Origin: Nitrososphaerota archaeon
Lineage (GTDB): Archaea; Thermoproteota; Nitrososphaeria_A; Caldarchaeales; Calditenuaceae
Direction of reading: 5' to 3'
NCBI GenBank assembly: GCA_041641295.1
Contig: JBEPYO010000001.1
Span: 1,184,001 to 1,248,000 of the forward strand
Length of the DNA: 64,000 bases
Within the stretch, counting starts at the first letter, position 1. Each line of letters starts with the position of its first letter. The notes under the pieces were generated by a model. The model was given only the letters and a program-made list of their open reading frames with translations. It was not told where the DNA came from and searched no databases. Shown piece after piece: positions 19,000-28,800 of the stretch. The position numbers and the translations under genes were made by a program.

Positions 19000-19824
19000 T
19001 TGGTGGCGTCGGTCTTGAAGGTCGCCGTGCTCCAGCTAGCCTTAAGGGAGGATCAAGAGGAAAGGCTTAAAGAGGTGGAGGCGTTGATCAACCTCCTTCA
19101 CCACCGCGAGCCAGACATATTCCTGTTGCCGGAGGCTTGGATTAGCCTTGACCCTCTAAACAATTTGGAAAAAGCCGTGGCGGATAGTGAAATGGCGATA
19201 GAGAGGCTGCAAAAACTGGCTGAAGAGCACGGCGTCGCCATACTTGGTGGTGGCTTATACATCGCTAGGGGGGAGAAGATTCATGTCGCCTGCCCGATAA
19301 TTGGCAGTAATGGAGAGGTTATCGGTTTTCAAGAAAAGATACACTTGTATAGGCGCGAGAACGATATAGTCCAGAGAGGGGAATCTTTCAGAACCTTTGT
19401 GGTTAAAGGGGTGCGGATAGGTGTTGTAATCTGCCACGACATCGTCTACCCCGAAGCTGTTAGGACACTCGCCCTCGCTGATGCTCAACTCATATTCAAC
19501 CCGTCAAGGATACTCTCCCGCGGAAAAGAGGCTTGGCATCTTTACCTCAAAGTCAGGAGCCTCGAAAACCGCATACCCATTTACGCGGCAAATGTCTGGT
19601 CGCCGCCTAAGTATTCTGGCGGCTCCTGCTCAGTCAAACCAATCTACTATGACGATGATATATATCTCCCAGAGCTGATAGAAGCTAGACCGGGTGTATC
19701 CGCAGTTATGGATGAAGTGGACGAGAAGGCGTTGAGTGAGGCGAGGCGCGTGAGGCTGGGTGGCAGAATGCCACAAGCTTACTATGGATCTGGTAGTGGA
19801 GTGGTTATTGGTGATGGGAGCTGA
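19000..19824 (+). CDS. Carbon-nitrogen hydrolase (nitrilase superfamily, omega-amidase-like)
   Basis: Glu-Lys-Cys triad LPE, QEKIHL and ICHD; RSLEN. Confidence 0.9.
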   Translation: MVASVLKVAVLQLALREDQEERLKEVEALINLLHHREPDIFLLPEAWISLDPLNNLEKAVADSEMAIERLQKLAEEHGVAILGGGLYIARGEKIHVACPIIGSNGEVIGFQEKIHLYRRENDIVQRGESFRTFVVKGVRIGVVICHDIVYPEAVRTLALADAQLIFNPSRILSRGKEAWHLYLKVRSLENRIPIYAANVWSPPKYSGGSCSVKPIYYDDDIYLPELIEARPGVSAVMDEVDEKALSEARRVRLGGRMPQAYYGSGSGVVIGDGS

Positions 19825-19892
19825 GTGAGGGAGGGGAGAGGCTATACAGGAAGCTAAGCCGGGCAGAGGCCCTAGCAGATATAAAGAATAGA

Positions 19893-20651
19893 ATGCTGGA
19901 AAAGGATCGCTCACTGGACTCTTCCGCCTTTGAGGAGGTCTTTGACCGGGCCACACTCCAATCCCTCTACGAGCTGATGAGGCGCGGCGTCTTCGAAGAC
20001 TTTTACGGCGTTGTTAGTGCAGGTAAGGAGTCGAGAATATATTATGCGCGAAGTAAGGATGGTGCAGAGCTAGCAGTCAAAATATACCTTGTAAACAACA
20101 CAGAGTTCCGAAGAACGAGGATGATATACGTGGCTGGCGACCACAACTTCGAGAGACCAGGGCTCAGTCTGAGAAAATTCATAGACGCCTGGGCTAAGCG
20201 GGAATTTAGAAACCTGAAAACAGCTTTCGAAGCGGGCGTCCCTGTCCCAAAACCTTACACAGTTCATAGGAATATTCTGGTCATGTCTTTTCTGGGCTCG
20301 GATGGTGCTCGATATCCTCTGCTCCGAGAGACCAGATACAGTGTCGAGGAGTATTCCCAACTCTATGAAAAAGTCATCGACTGCATCTTTAAACTCTACA
20401 GAGACGCTCGGCTGGTCCACAGCGACTTAAGCGAGTTTAACATCATGGCCCCCGACCCAAATACGGTCTACTTCATAGACCTCTCCCAAGCCGTCCCCCT
20501 GACAAACACATACGCTCAAATCCTCCTTATGAGGGACTTGAGAAACGTAAATCGCTTCTTCGCGAGCATGGGTGCCGACACCTGGGAGGAAGAATCCCTA
20601 TTCAGGGAGTTGACGGGTGAAGAACCACCGTCGGGGCTTACACCTATATAG
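19893..20651 (+). CDS. rio1: RIO1 family Ser/Thr kinase
   Basis: SAGKES, AVKIY, WAKREFRNL, HSDLSEFNI and IDLSQ. Confidence 0.93.
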   Translation: MLEKDRSLDSSAFEEVFDRATLQSLYELMRRGVFEDFYGVVSAGKESRIYYARSKDGAELAVKIYLVNNTEFRRTRMIYVAGDHNFERPGLSLRKFIDAWAKREFRNLKTAFEAGVPVPKPYTVHRNILVMSFLGSDGARYPLLRETRYSVEEYSQLYEKVIDCIFKLYRDARLVHSDLSEFNIMAPDPNTVYFIDLSQAVPLTNTYAQILLMRDLRNVNRFFASMGADTWEEESLFRELTGEEPPSGLTPI

Positions 20652-20674
20652 AAAAACAACATGTCTTCAGTAGC

Positions 20675-21079
20675 ATGACCCAGTGGCACAGCGACTCTCA
20701 TAAGCGGAAAAAGAGCGGCGGTAAGAAGGGGGTGCATCGGAAGAAGAGGAGGTACGAGAGAGGCAGAGACATGATATTCTGCACAGTCGGCGAGCCAGAA
20801 AGGATAAGCATCAGGACCCGGGGAGGTGGAACTAAACAAATACTGAAATCCGATAGGTTCGCCAACGTCTACGACCCCACCAGCGGAAAGACTATCAGAA
20901 CAGAGATACTTGGTGTGAAATCCAACCCGGCTAACAGCGATTTTGAGAGGAGGGGGGTGATAACGAAAGGAGCGATAATAGAGACCAAGCTCGGAGACGC
21001 AAGAGTAACATCAAAACCGGGAACTGATGGTGTGATAAACGCCGTGTTGATAAAGTCTGTCTCAACCAGTCCAGCATGA
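20675..21079 (+). CDS. rps8e: 30S ribosomal protein eS8 (S8e)
   Basis: RKKSGG..., RTRGG, NPAN, ITKGAII and VTSKPGTDGVINAV. Confidence 0.97.
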   Translation: MTQWHSDSHKRKKSGGKKGVHRKKRRYERGRDMIFCTVGEPERISIRTRGGGTKQILKSDRFANVYDPTSGKTIRTEILGVKSNPANSDFERRGVITKGAIIETKLGDARVTSKPGTDGVINAVLIKSVSTSPA

Positions 21080-21360
21080 TACGGAGAGAGGGTTACATCA
21101 TCTGGACGATGTATTTTGACGCAGCCCTAAGCAGGTCTGAAGGTAGGCGCGTCCCATTAAAGCTAGCAGTCAAAAACCCCACACAAGAAATTTTACTCAA
21201 ATCTCTGCAAAAGCTGGGATGGCAATACGAGCTCTTAGATAAAAGCCACCCAGCAGCTTGGTGGAGGAAAAATGCCTCAATCCTAGTTAAGCCCCCTAAA
21301 AATATTAAAAAGACTCAAGCCATAAAACTGATTGCACAGCACCTATGGGAGAAGCGTTGA
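21076..21360 (+). CDS. srp19: Signal recognition particle protein SRP19
   Basis: IIW..YFD..LSRSEGRRVP..LAV.NP and KSHP..WW. Confidence 0.93.
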   Translation: MIRREGYIIWTMYFDAALSRSEGRRVPLKLAVKNPTQEILLKSLQKLGWQYELLDKSHPAAWWRKNASILVKPPKNIKKTQAIKLIAQHLWEKR

Positions 21361-21638
21361 CTCAAGAGGGGCTAGTACCTCTTGGAGAGATTTTCAGAAT
21401 ATTACGGGGGAGCGTCCTCTTAAAGGGTAATGTTATGCCGCGCCTAGGTGAGACAGTCTGCACTACCGACGGTAAGGCTATCGGCTATGTCTCAGATATC
21501 TTCGGCAAGATTAGCGGCTTCTATATCCTAGTGAGGCTGACTAGCGAGAAGCTAGAACTAAAGATAGGTGAGAAGCTCTATCTTCAGGGCAAGACAGGCC
21601 TTGCCGGCTCTTCAGAGAAGGCTAAGCCACAGTTGTGA
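21357..21638 (+). CDS. gar1: H/ACA RNP subunit Gar1/Naf1
   Basis: PRLGETV...GK.IGYVSDIFG....FYILV; TTG start overlaps the srp19 stop. Confidence 0.75.
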   Translation: MTQEGLVPLGEIFRILRGSVLLKGNVMPRLGETVCTTDGKAIGYVSDIFGKISGFYILVRLTSEKLELKIGEKLYLQGKTGLAGSSEKAKPQL

Positions 21639-22065
21639 TTTTTCTAAGATTATTAACAAGCTCCTTTACCTTAGACTTTGCCACGTCCTGAATAATCCTT
21701 GCACCAATGCTTGCTGCAGCACCACCCACAGTAACATCCGACACCCACTTCACTTCGGAGAGCCTATCTCCTTTGTCGACGATGTCTAGGTCTATTTTCA
21801 AATCGATTGTCGACTGCATGCCCGATCCTTTCCCAACAAGAGTTACATGGTTCGGCTCTCTCAAATCAACGTATGTGAAGTCCATCTTTATGGTGCCGCT
21901 TAACACCCCGAGCCTCACCTTAAACTCGGCCTCAAAGTCCCGGTCGGATTTGACCTCTAGTTTTTTTAGATCGGGGATTGCCTTGCTAATTTGTTTCGGG
22001 TTTGTTACCAGCTGCCAAACTTTCTGAGGTGGGAGAGGTGTCTCAAAAGACCCTTCTAGCCTCAT
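21622..22065 (-). CDS. coxG: CoxG / SRPBCC family protein
   Basis: MRLEGSF, VWQLVTNP..I..AIP and VGG..ASIGARII; divergent from the coxD/E-like genes. Confidence 0.85.
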   Translation of the reverse strand: MRLEGSFETPLPPQKVWQLVTNPKQISKAIPDLKKLEVKSDRDFEAEFKVRLGVLSGTIKMDFTYVDLREPNHVTLVGKGSGMQSTIDLKIDLDIVDKGDRLSEVKWVSDVTVGGAAASIGARIIQDVAKSKVKELVNNLRKITTVA

Positions 22066-22173
22066 CGAGCCTTATTGTGCCTACCCCCTAAATAAATCTA
22101 CCGAGAATATAAGATGAGGGCAAAGTTTTATTAAGTCAGTTTACGCGGGTGAATTGGATGGTGTATCAATAGG

Positions 22174-23088
22174 TTGTCTAGAGCCGATCTTCTTGAGGGC
22201 CTAACAATAGATACTCTGATTGAGAAGCTTGAGAAGCACCTTTACGTTGCAGATAGAAGCCTAGCTACCGCGCTCTATCTCGCAATTAAGATGAACAAAC
22301 CCCTTCTGATCGAGGGTGAGCCTGGATGTGGGAAGACTGAGATTGCGAAGGTTCTTGCAGAGGTTCTTCAAACCGACCTAATTCGGCTGCAATGCTACGA
22401 GGGCCTAGACGCCTCCGACGCTATATATGAATGGAACTATCCCAAGCAGCTCCTCTACATCAGGCTACTGGAGAATAAGGGTGATTTGAGGGATGTTGAG
22501 TCGGAGCTCTTTAGCGAGAAGTTCCTTCTTAAAAGGCCGCTCTTGGCAGCCGTGATGCATGAAGGCGAGATTCCGCCGGTTCTTCTGATAGATGAGATCG
22601 ATAGGGCTGATGAGGAGTTTGAAGGATTCCTCCTCGAATTCTTGGCGGAGTTTCAGGTTACCATACCTGAGATAGGGACAATCAAGTGTAAGAAGCAGCC
22701 CATAGTGATACTTACCTCGAATAGGACTAGGGAGATTGGGGACGGTTTGAAGAGGCGCTGCCTCTACTATTACCAGTCTTATCCGAGTAGGGAAAAGGAG
22801 TTGAAGATACTGAAGCTAAAGGTAAAGGGGCTGGACGAGTCTGTCATGGCTAAGATTGTTGATTTCGTGAATGTGGTTAGACAGAGGCCCGAGATTGCGA
22901 AGAAGCCGGGAATCTCCGAGTCCCTAGACTGGGCAAACGCTCTGGCTAGGCTGTCGGCGAGGGATCTAAACAGGGAAACTGTAATGGCTACACTCTCGTG
23001 CATAATTAAGACCCAAGAAGACTTAATGAGAATAGATATCGACTCGATCCTCTCCATGATCGGTAGCATGGGGGGTAAAAGCGGATAA
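22174..23088 (+). CDS. MoxR family AAA+ ATPase (CoxD-like)
   Basis: GEPGCGKT, RLQCYEGLD, LLIDEIDRADEEFE, TSNRTRE and KKPGISE. Confidence 0.93.
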   Translation: MSRADLLEGLTIDTLIEKLEKHLYVADRSLATALYLAIKMNKPLLIEGEPGCGKTEIAKVLAEVLQTDLIRLQCYEGLDASDAIYEWNYPKQLLYIRLLENKGDLRDVESELFSEKFLLKRPLLAAVMHEGEIPPVLLIDEIDRADEEFEGFLLEFLAEFQVTIPEIGTIKCKKQPIVILTSNRTREIGDGLKRRCLYYYQSYPSREKELKILKLKVKGLDESVMAKIVDFVNVVRQRPEIAKKPGISESLDWANALARLSARDLNRETVMATLSCIIKTQEDLMRIDIDSILSMIGSMGGKSG

Positions 23089-23090
23089 AG

Positions 23091-24251
23091 ATGCATCTCT
23101 ACGATTTCGTCTGCGGACTGGCGAGAAGCTTAAGGAGACAAGGTCTAAAGGTTGGCATCTCAGAGTCCATTGACGCGTGCCAAGCCATAGGCCTCGTGAT
23201 TGATCGGGGCTTCGAGGACATCCTGACCGCGATACGTGTTACAATGGTGAAGGACCCCTCGAAATATCACCTGATCGAGCAGGCTCTCGAGGAGGTTGCC
23301 ACTGGAGGAGGTGGAACGGGGGAGGGAGAGTCCGGTGAACAGGGTGGCGAGGGCTCTGAGTATGCTATGCAGCCGATGGGCATGTCGAGAGGCTCGGGGC
23401 AGGACCAGAATAGCGCCTCGACCCAGTTCGTAATGTATAGTCCTGCTGAGTCACTGCACAGGAGGAGCCTAAGGCCAATAGATATCCACGCCCTGAAGAC
23501 CGGTAAACGAATAATCAAGAGGATGCGTCGACGGCTAGCCGTTCTTCCGGGCAGGCGCTCAACCGCCTCAAAGAAGGGTGATATAGCGTTTGCGAAGACT
23601 ATCAGGCACAGTTTTAGAACTTTTGGAGAGATAATGGAGTTGAGAAAATCAACCAAGATTCTATCCCGCGCGAGGCTGGTAGCTCTTATCGATATCAGCG
23701 GCTCGATGGACACGTATACTGACTGGCTCGTCAGGGCCATGTACCTATTCAGCAGGTTTACGCGGCGCGTAGAGGTGTTCGTTTTTAGTACACGGTTGAG
23801 GCGTATAACTGATCTTCTCGCGATAACAGACTTCGACGAGATAAGGAGGAGACTATCGAGCGAGATAGACCTTTGGGGGAGTGGTACACGTATAGGCTAC
23901 AGCCTGAAAATCTTCTTAGACAATTATGGCAATATGCTAAACAGGAGCTGGATCGCGGTTATAGTGAGTGATGGCTGGGATACGGGTGAGCCCGAATTGC
24001 TGAAGTTTAGTATGAGTAATCTAAGGCAGAGGGTGGGGAGAATTATATGGCTGAACCCGCACACGGATAAGCCAAACTTCAGGCCCCTCACAATCGGCAT
24101 GATGACTGCCCTACCCTACATTGACGTTCTAGCGGGAATGAGCGTGCTCGAAGACTATAGCTCATTTCTGAGGTTCTTCGGAAAGTCAATTAAACCGTTG
24201 AAGCGTGGTGAAAGCCTTGTCAGACGCCAGCCCGAGAGATTGGCGCTATAG
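23091..24251 (+). CDS. VWA-domain protein (CoxE-like)
   Basis: MIDAS DISGSM, FVFSTRL, GSGTRIG, SDGWDTG and IIWLNP. Confidence 0.92.
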   Translation: MHLYDFVCGLARSLRRQGLKVGISESIDACQAIGLVIDRGFEDILTAIRVTMVKDPSKYHLIEQALEEVATGGGGTGEGESGEQGGEGSEYAMQPMGMSRGSGQDQNSASTQFVMYSPAESLHRRSLRPIDIHALKTGKRIIKRMRRRLAVLPGRRSTASKKGDIAFAKTIRHSFRTFGEIMELRKSTKILSRARLVALIDISGSMDTYTDWLVRAMYLFSRFTRRVEVFVFSTRLRRITDLLAITDFDEIRRRLSSEIDLWGSGTRIGYSLKIFLDNYGNMLNRSWIAVIVSDGWDTGEPELLKFSMSNLRQRVGRIIWLNPHTDKPNFRPLTIGMMTALPYIDVLAGMSVLEDYSSFLRFFGKSIKPLKRGESLVRRQPERLAL

Positions 24252-25512
24252 GCGGATATCAAAGTTTAGAGAGGTTGAAGAAGTCCTAGCAGAGACCACA
24301 CGCCGCATATCTGTAAAACTAGGCACAGTTAACTTGATGCCACGGTATACAGTAGGCCGTGTATTGGCAGAAGATGTTTTTGCGCCGATCGATCTGCCTC
24401 CTTTCCACATGTCTCATGTGGATGGGTTCGCAGCCCGGAGCTCAGACCTGACTGGTGCTTCGGAGGAGGCGCCTGTAGGGCTTATTGTTGAGGGACATAT
24501 TGGGCCCGGAGAGCATGGGGGACGTATAGGGCCAGGCAGAACGTACAGAATTCACACTGGAGGGTATCTCCCCGAAGGCGCTGACACGGTTGTCCCTCAG
24601 GAGGATGTTTTCACCGATGGCTCAATGATCTATGTCTCTCGCCCATATCGTCCATTTGAGAATGTAGTCCCGGCTGGGAGTGACGTACGTCGCGGCCAAC
24701 TATTAGCCAGGAAAGGAGATGTTTTATCAGCTGCTAAGGCCTCGCTGTTTGAGACGCTCAGGGTATACGAGGTTAGTGTTCGCGAGGCTCCGCGGGTCAC
24801 TATACTCTCTTTCGGGGACGAGCTTACCGATAATCCCGCCGAGGCGGAGAGTGGGAAAAAGATTCTGAATACACACGCGGTACTGGTTTCCCAGATGGTC
24901 AGGGCCCTAGGCTGCGAGCTTGTGGGAAACGACATTGTTCCAGATAGGTCGGAGGCTATAGGTGCAGCAATAGATCAGGGCTTAAAAAATTCTCACTGCG
25001 TCTTAACGATAGGCGGGTCCAGTGTAGGGGACATTGACTTGGTTGGCGCTGAGCTGGGTAAACGAGCGGAGTTTTTCATACAGGGGCTTAAGCTACAGCC
25101 AGGAAGAGTTGGTGGGGTAGCGTTGATAGGTGGCAAGCCCCTAATAATGCTTCCAGGACTCATACACTCTACGGTCAATGTCTTTAACTATCTTGCAGCG
25201 CCAGTGTTGCTGCATATGCTTGAAGCGAACTTGGAGCAATTTGTCATAAAGGTTGACGCCTATTTGGCTGAGACCGTAGAGTTTCAGCGCTGGATTGACT
25301 TCAAGAGGATTGTCTGGGTCACTCTGAAGCGGCGGGATGGTGAAGGGCATGAGGCACACCCCAACGTCGCCGACGCCTCCAATATCTCGTCAATCACCTA
25401 TTCCCATGGATTCATAGAGGTGCCGCCCAATAAGTCCGTCATAGCTAAGGGGGAAAGGGTGGTGGTTAGGATTCCACTCTGGATTACGCGAAGTATCAAA
25501 GAACCTGATTAA
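24205..25512 (+). CDS. moeA: Molybdopterin molybdenumtransferase MoeA
   Basis: GRVLAEDV, PPF..S.VDGFA, TGG.LPEGADTV, GDEL, GGSSVG and PG. Confidence 0.9.
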   Translation: MVKALSDASPRDWRYRRISKFREVEEVLAETTRRISVKLGTVNLMPRYTVGRVLAEDVFAPIDLPPFHMSHVDGFAARSSDLTGASEEAPVGLIVEGHIGPGEHGGRIGPGRTYRIHTGGYLPEGADTVVPQEDVFTDGSMIYVSRPYRPFENVVPAGSDVRRGQLLARKGDVLSAAKASLFETLRVYEVSVREAPRVTILSFGDELTDNPAEAESGKKILNTHAVLVSQMVRALGCELVGNDIVPDRSEAIGAAIDQGLKNSHCVLTIGGSSVGDIDLVGAELGKRAEFFIQGLKLQPGRVGGVALIGGKPLIMLPGLIHSTVNVFNYLAAPVLLHMLEANLEQFVIKVDAYLAETVEFQRWIDFKRIVWVTLKRRDGEGHEAHPNVADASNISSITYSHGFIEVPPNKSVIAKGERVVVRIPLWITRSIKEPD

Positions 25513-25602
25513 GCATGACTTCCTGCGACCAAGTGGATATTCTCAATCTAGGTGGAAGAGAGAGGGGTACTACTTATTAAGACGCGGGAGTATTGGTTTA
25601 TC

Positions 25603-27042
25603 GTGGCACCCCCAGATCCTGAATATCGTATTGAGAAGGACACGATGGGTGAGATGCGTGTCCCGGTAACCGCTTATTATGGCGCACAGACTGCGAGAGC
25701 CCTAGAGAACTTCAAGTTCTCCCAACTCACCATGCCACGCCAGTTCATCAAAGCTCTAGGACTTATCAAGGCTGGCGCAGCGAAGGCTAACACAGAGCTT
25801 GGATTGCTCCCTAAGCACATTGGTGATGCGATCTACAAGGCTGCACTCGAGGTTGCGGAGGGCCTGCACGACGACCAGTTCGTAGTGGATGTATTCCAGA
25901 CTGGGTCCGGCACCTCAACAAACATGAATGCAAACGAGGTAATAGCCAACAGGGCCTCTGAGCTACTTGGGGGCAGGAGGGGCGATAAAATGCTCGTCCA
26001 CCCCAACGACCACGTCAACATGGGGCAGTCGACCAACGACGTTATACCCACCGCCATAAGGGTCGCGGTCGCGTCCCTCATCCATGAACAGCTCTTGAAG
26101 AAGCTTGACTTGCTGGCAAGCACGCTTGAGCTCAAGGCACAAGAGTTTAGAGACGTAGTTAAGAGCGGTAGAACGCACCTTCAAGACGCCGTCCCTGTAA
26201 CGTTGGGACAAGAATTTAGCGGATATGCAGAGATGATGAGGAAGAGCGTCTATAGGGTTAGGAAGGCTTCAGAGGGGCTTCTCGAGCTACCTATAGGAGG
26301 TACTGCGGTCGGGACTGGTTTGAACGCTCACCCAGAGTTTGCACCGAGGGTTGTGAAGTTCCTGTCGGAGACCCTCGGCATCCCATTTGTTACTGCGAGG
26401 AATAGGTTTGAGGCGATGGGCAGCCAAGACGCCTGTGTCGAGGTGAGCGGAGCGCTAAGGTGCGTGGCAGGAAGCATCCTGAAGATATGCAATGACCTGC
26501 GGCTTTTATCGTCTGGCCCAGTTACAGGGTTCGGAGAGATTGAGATACCGGCTGTTCAGCCGGGCTCCTCGATAATGCCGGGCAAAGTCAATCCCGTGAT
26601 TGTTGAGGCGTCGATGCTTGCGGCCTGTATGGTGATAGGCTATGATGCGGCGATCTTTGAGGCCTCCCGTGTGGGCGAGCTTGAACTGAACATGGGCAAC
26701 CCCCTCATCGCCTACTGTCTGATAAACTCAGTAGAGCTTCTGAGTAGGACTGCCCAACACCTCGCAGACAAAGTAATACCTGGTATCACTGCGAACGTGG
26801 AGAGGTGCAGGCTCTATGCCGAGAGCAGCCCAGCCACAATCACGGTACTGGCCCCGCTAATCGGGTATGATAAGGCTGCTGAAGTCGCTAGGAGGGCGTT
26901 AAAGGAGAGGCGCTCGATAAAGGATATCGTCGTGGAGATGGGTCTGATGAGCAGGGAGGAGATTGACAGGGTGTTTGACGTAAAGAAGATGACTGAAGGC
27001 GGTATATTAGTACTGAAGAAAGAGCACGCGCCTCATGGATAG
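25603..27042 (+). CDS. fumC: Class II fumarate hydratase
   Basis: YRIEKDTMG, QTGSGTSTNMNANE, GRTHLQDA and GSSIMPGKVNP. Start reassigned to GTG 25603, downstream of TATA-like CTTATTAA. Confidence 0.9.
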   Translation: MAPPDPEYRIEKDTMGEMRVPVTAYYGAQTARALENFKFSQLTMPRQFIKALGLIKAGAAKANTELGLLPKHIGDAIYKAALEVAEGLHDDQFVVDVFQTGSGTSTNMNANEVIANRASELLGGRRGDKMLVHPNDHVNMGQSTNDVIPTAIRVAVASLIHEQLLKKLDLLASTLELKAQEFRDVVKSGRTHLQDAVPVTLGQEFSGYAEMMRKSVYRVRKASEGLLELPIGGTAVGTGLNAHPEFAPRVVKFLSETLGIPFVTARNRFEAMGSQDACVEVSGALRCVAGSILKICNDLRLLSSGPVTGFGEIEIPAVQPGSSIMPGKVNPVIVEASMLAACMVIGYDAAIFEASRVGELELNMGNPLIAYCLINSVELLSRTAQHLADKVIPGITANVERCRLYAESSPATITVLAPLIGYDKAAEVARRALKERRSIKDIVVEMGLMSREEIDRVFDVKKMTEGGILVLKKEHAPHG

Positions 27043-28241
27043 AGGAGCGGCTCAGGGTCTATCTCGCCTAAATCCCTGATTTTTTCCAGTCTCGACATCA
27101 GATAGTCGCGGATAGAACGGGCGCTTGGAAGCTCCCCCACAACCTCGCCGTTAAGTATTAGTGGCTTCAACAGCTCCTCGACTGGCCTACCGCACCTTGG
27201 ACATCTTTCAAGCCTTTTCACCCGCGGCACCACCGTGTCGTGGAACATGTCACACCTGTAGACCTGCTTAGCGGATGGAAGCTTCCCTCTCTTTGACAAG
27301 GGCCGGCCCTCAACCTCAACGATATCCAAGGCCAAGTCGATTGATGGTGGAAACGCTATTGAGGTCCCTACGCCAAACCCGTCAACAATGTCGCGGAGTT
27401 CCTCGACATCGCTTTCATCAATCCCGCCGCTCACGTATAATTTGACATTCCCGTAGCCGTTGACAGCGAGGGTCCACTTAACCTCCTCCACAATCCTCCT
27501 CATACTACCCCTCCTTGAAGATGGGGTGTCCAGCCTAACTCCGTGGAGCCGGTTGCCAAGCGTCTTCGCGGCGAGGAGTGCCTCCTCTCTCTCGTCGAGG
27601 AAGGTGTCGCAAAGCGCGATCCTCGGAACATCTTCTGGTATGGCGGCGTCGAAGGACTTCCAAGCCTCTGTCTGGCTCCCCGAGACTATTATCAGGGCGT
27701 GAGGCATAGTCCCTACAGGCCTCTCACCGATAAGCTCCGCCCCCAAAACCCCAGAGACAGCATCACAGCCGCCGATGAACGCTGCCCTATCAACTGCAGG
27801 CGCAACGGCCGGGTGGACACACCTAATCCCGAAGAAGATCAACGATTTTCCCCAGCCCTTCAGTCTAATCCTGGCCGCCTTTGTGGCCACGCTCGAGCCG
27901 TGCCGTAGTACGCCGAGTATCGAGGATTCGTAGACGCCAAACTCGCCATAGGCTCCCGATATCTCCATAACAGGCTCGAATGGTCTGAAGATCTCCCCCT
28001 CCTTCATGGAATAGACGTCGACGCGCCTCCCCTCCAAGATGGCAACAACCTCCTCCACGCCAGCTAGGACAGCCCATCGATACCCACTTGGAAGACCGTA
28101 GGTGTGGACTTCTGCAACCACCCGCCTCCCCAGTAGACCCTTAGAAGAGAGGACTTCCCGCGTCCTCACAAAATAAACATCAGTAACCCTTCCCCCCTTC
28201 ACATCATCAACAGAGGCGGTGTAAATCTTCGGCCCCGCCAA
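27033..28241 (-). CDS. pncB: Nicotinate phosphoribosyltransferase
   Basis: TDVYF, FGIR, GTMPHA, VRLDTP, SGG, FGVGT and C-terminal Zn ribbon CPRC. Confidence 0.92.
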   Translation of the reverse strand: MAGPKIYTASVDDVKGGRVTDVYFVRTREVLSSKGLLGRRVVAEVHTYGLPSGYRWAVLAGVEEVVAILEGRRVDVYSMKEGEIFRPFEPVMEISGAYGEFGVYESSILGVLRHGSSVATKAARIRLKGWGKSLIFFGIRCVHPAVAPAVDRAAFIGGCDAVSGVLGAELIGERPVGTMPHALIIVSGSQTEAWKSFDAAIPEDVPRIALCDTFLDEREEALLAAKTLGNRLHGVRLDTPSSRRGSMRRIVEEVKWTLAVNGYGNVKLYVSGGIDESDVEELRDIVDGFGVGTSIAFPPSIDLALDIVEVEGRPLSKRGKLPSAKQVYRCDMFHDTVVPRVKRLERCPRCGRPVEELLKPLILNGEVVGELPSARSIRDYLMSRLEKIRDLGEIDPEPLLYP

Positions 28242-28378
28242 AACACTTCAAGGCATCCACTAAGTAAAGGACGATAAAAACCCTTAAAGACAACCATCCC
28301 CAACACGACATCCTCCAAACTGAGGAATTTCTCGGAAATAGGCCTTATAAACAGCCGAGATTAGAGGGCCCTGAAGGA

Positions 28379-28798
28379 ATGCCGCGGTTCAGGCTACAGC
28401 TCAACAGGCCGTACGGCTTCATCAGCGTAGAGGCCGAGAGCGTCGAAGAGATCGCCGCCTCCCTGAACAAGCTGATAGAACTCTCAAACACAGTGGACAG
28501 GGGCCTAGGCTTAGCCTCTCCCGCGGCTCAACAGCAGGCAACCCCCTCAGTGAAGGCGAGGCGGAGAAGAGGCAGCTCAGAGGCAGTCCTAGCCCTTGAC
28601 ACGATCGAGAGGCAGCTACTTGGGACCGGCTTCTTCTCCACTCCTCGTACAACATCCGAGGTGAGGCAGAAGATCTACGAGCTTACAGGCCTGAGGCTTC
28701 AGAGTAGAAAGGTCAGCCAAGCGCTGGGAATACTATACGCGTCTAAGAAAATTATGAGGGTGGGGAGTAGAGGCAACTACAGGTGGTTTGAGAAATAG
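28379..28798 (+). CDS. Hypothetical protein with basic C-terminal winged-helix-like domain
   Basis: GFFSTPRTTSEV...VSQAL..L....IMRVG.RGNYRW; TATA-like TTATAA upstream. Confidence 0.6.
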   Translation: MPRFRLQLNRPYGFISVEAESVEEIAASLNKLIELSNTVDRGLGLASPAAQQQATPSVKARRRRGSSEAVLALDTIERQLLGTGFFSTPRTTSEVRQKIYELTGLRLQSRKVSQALGILYASKKIMRVGSRGNYRWFEK

Positions 28799-28800
28799 GC

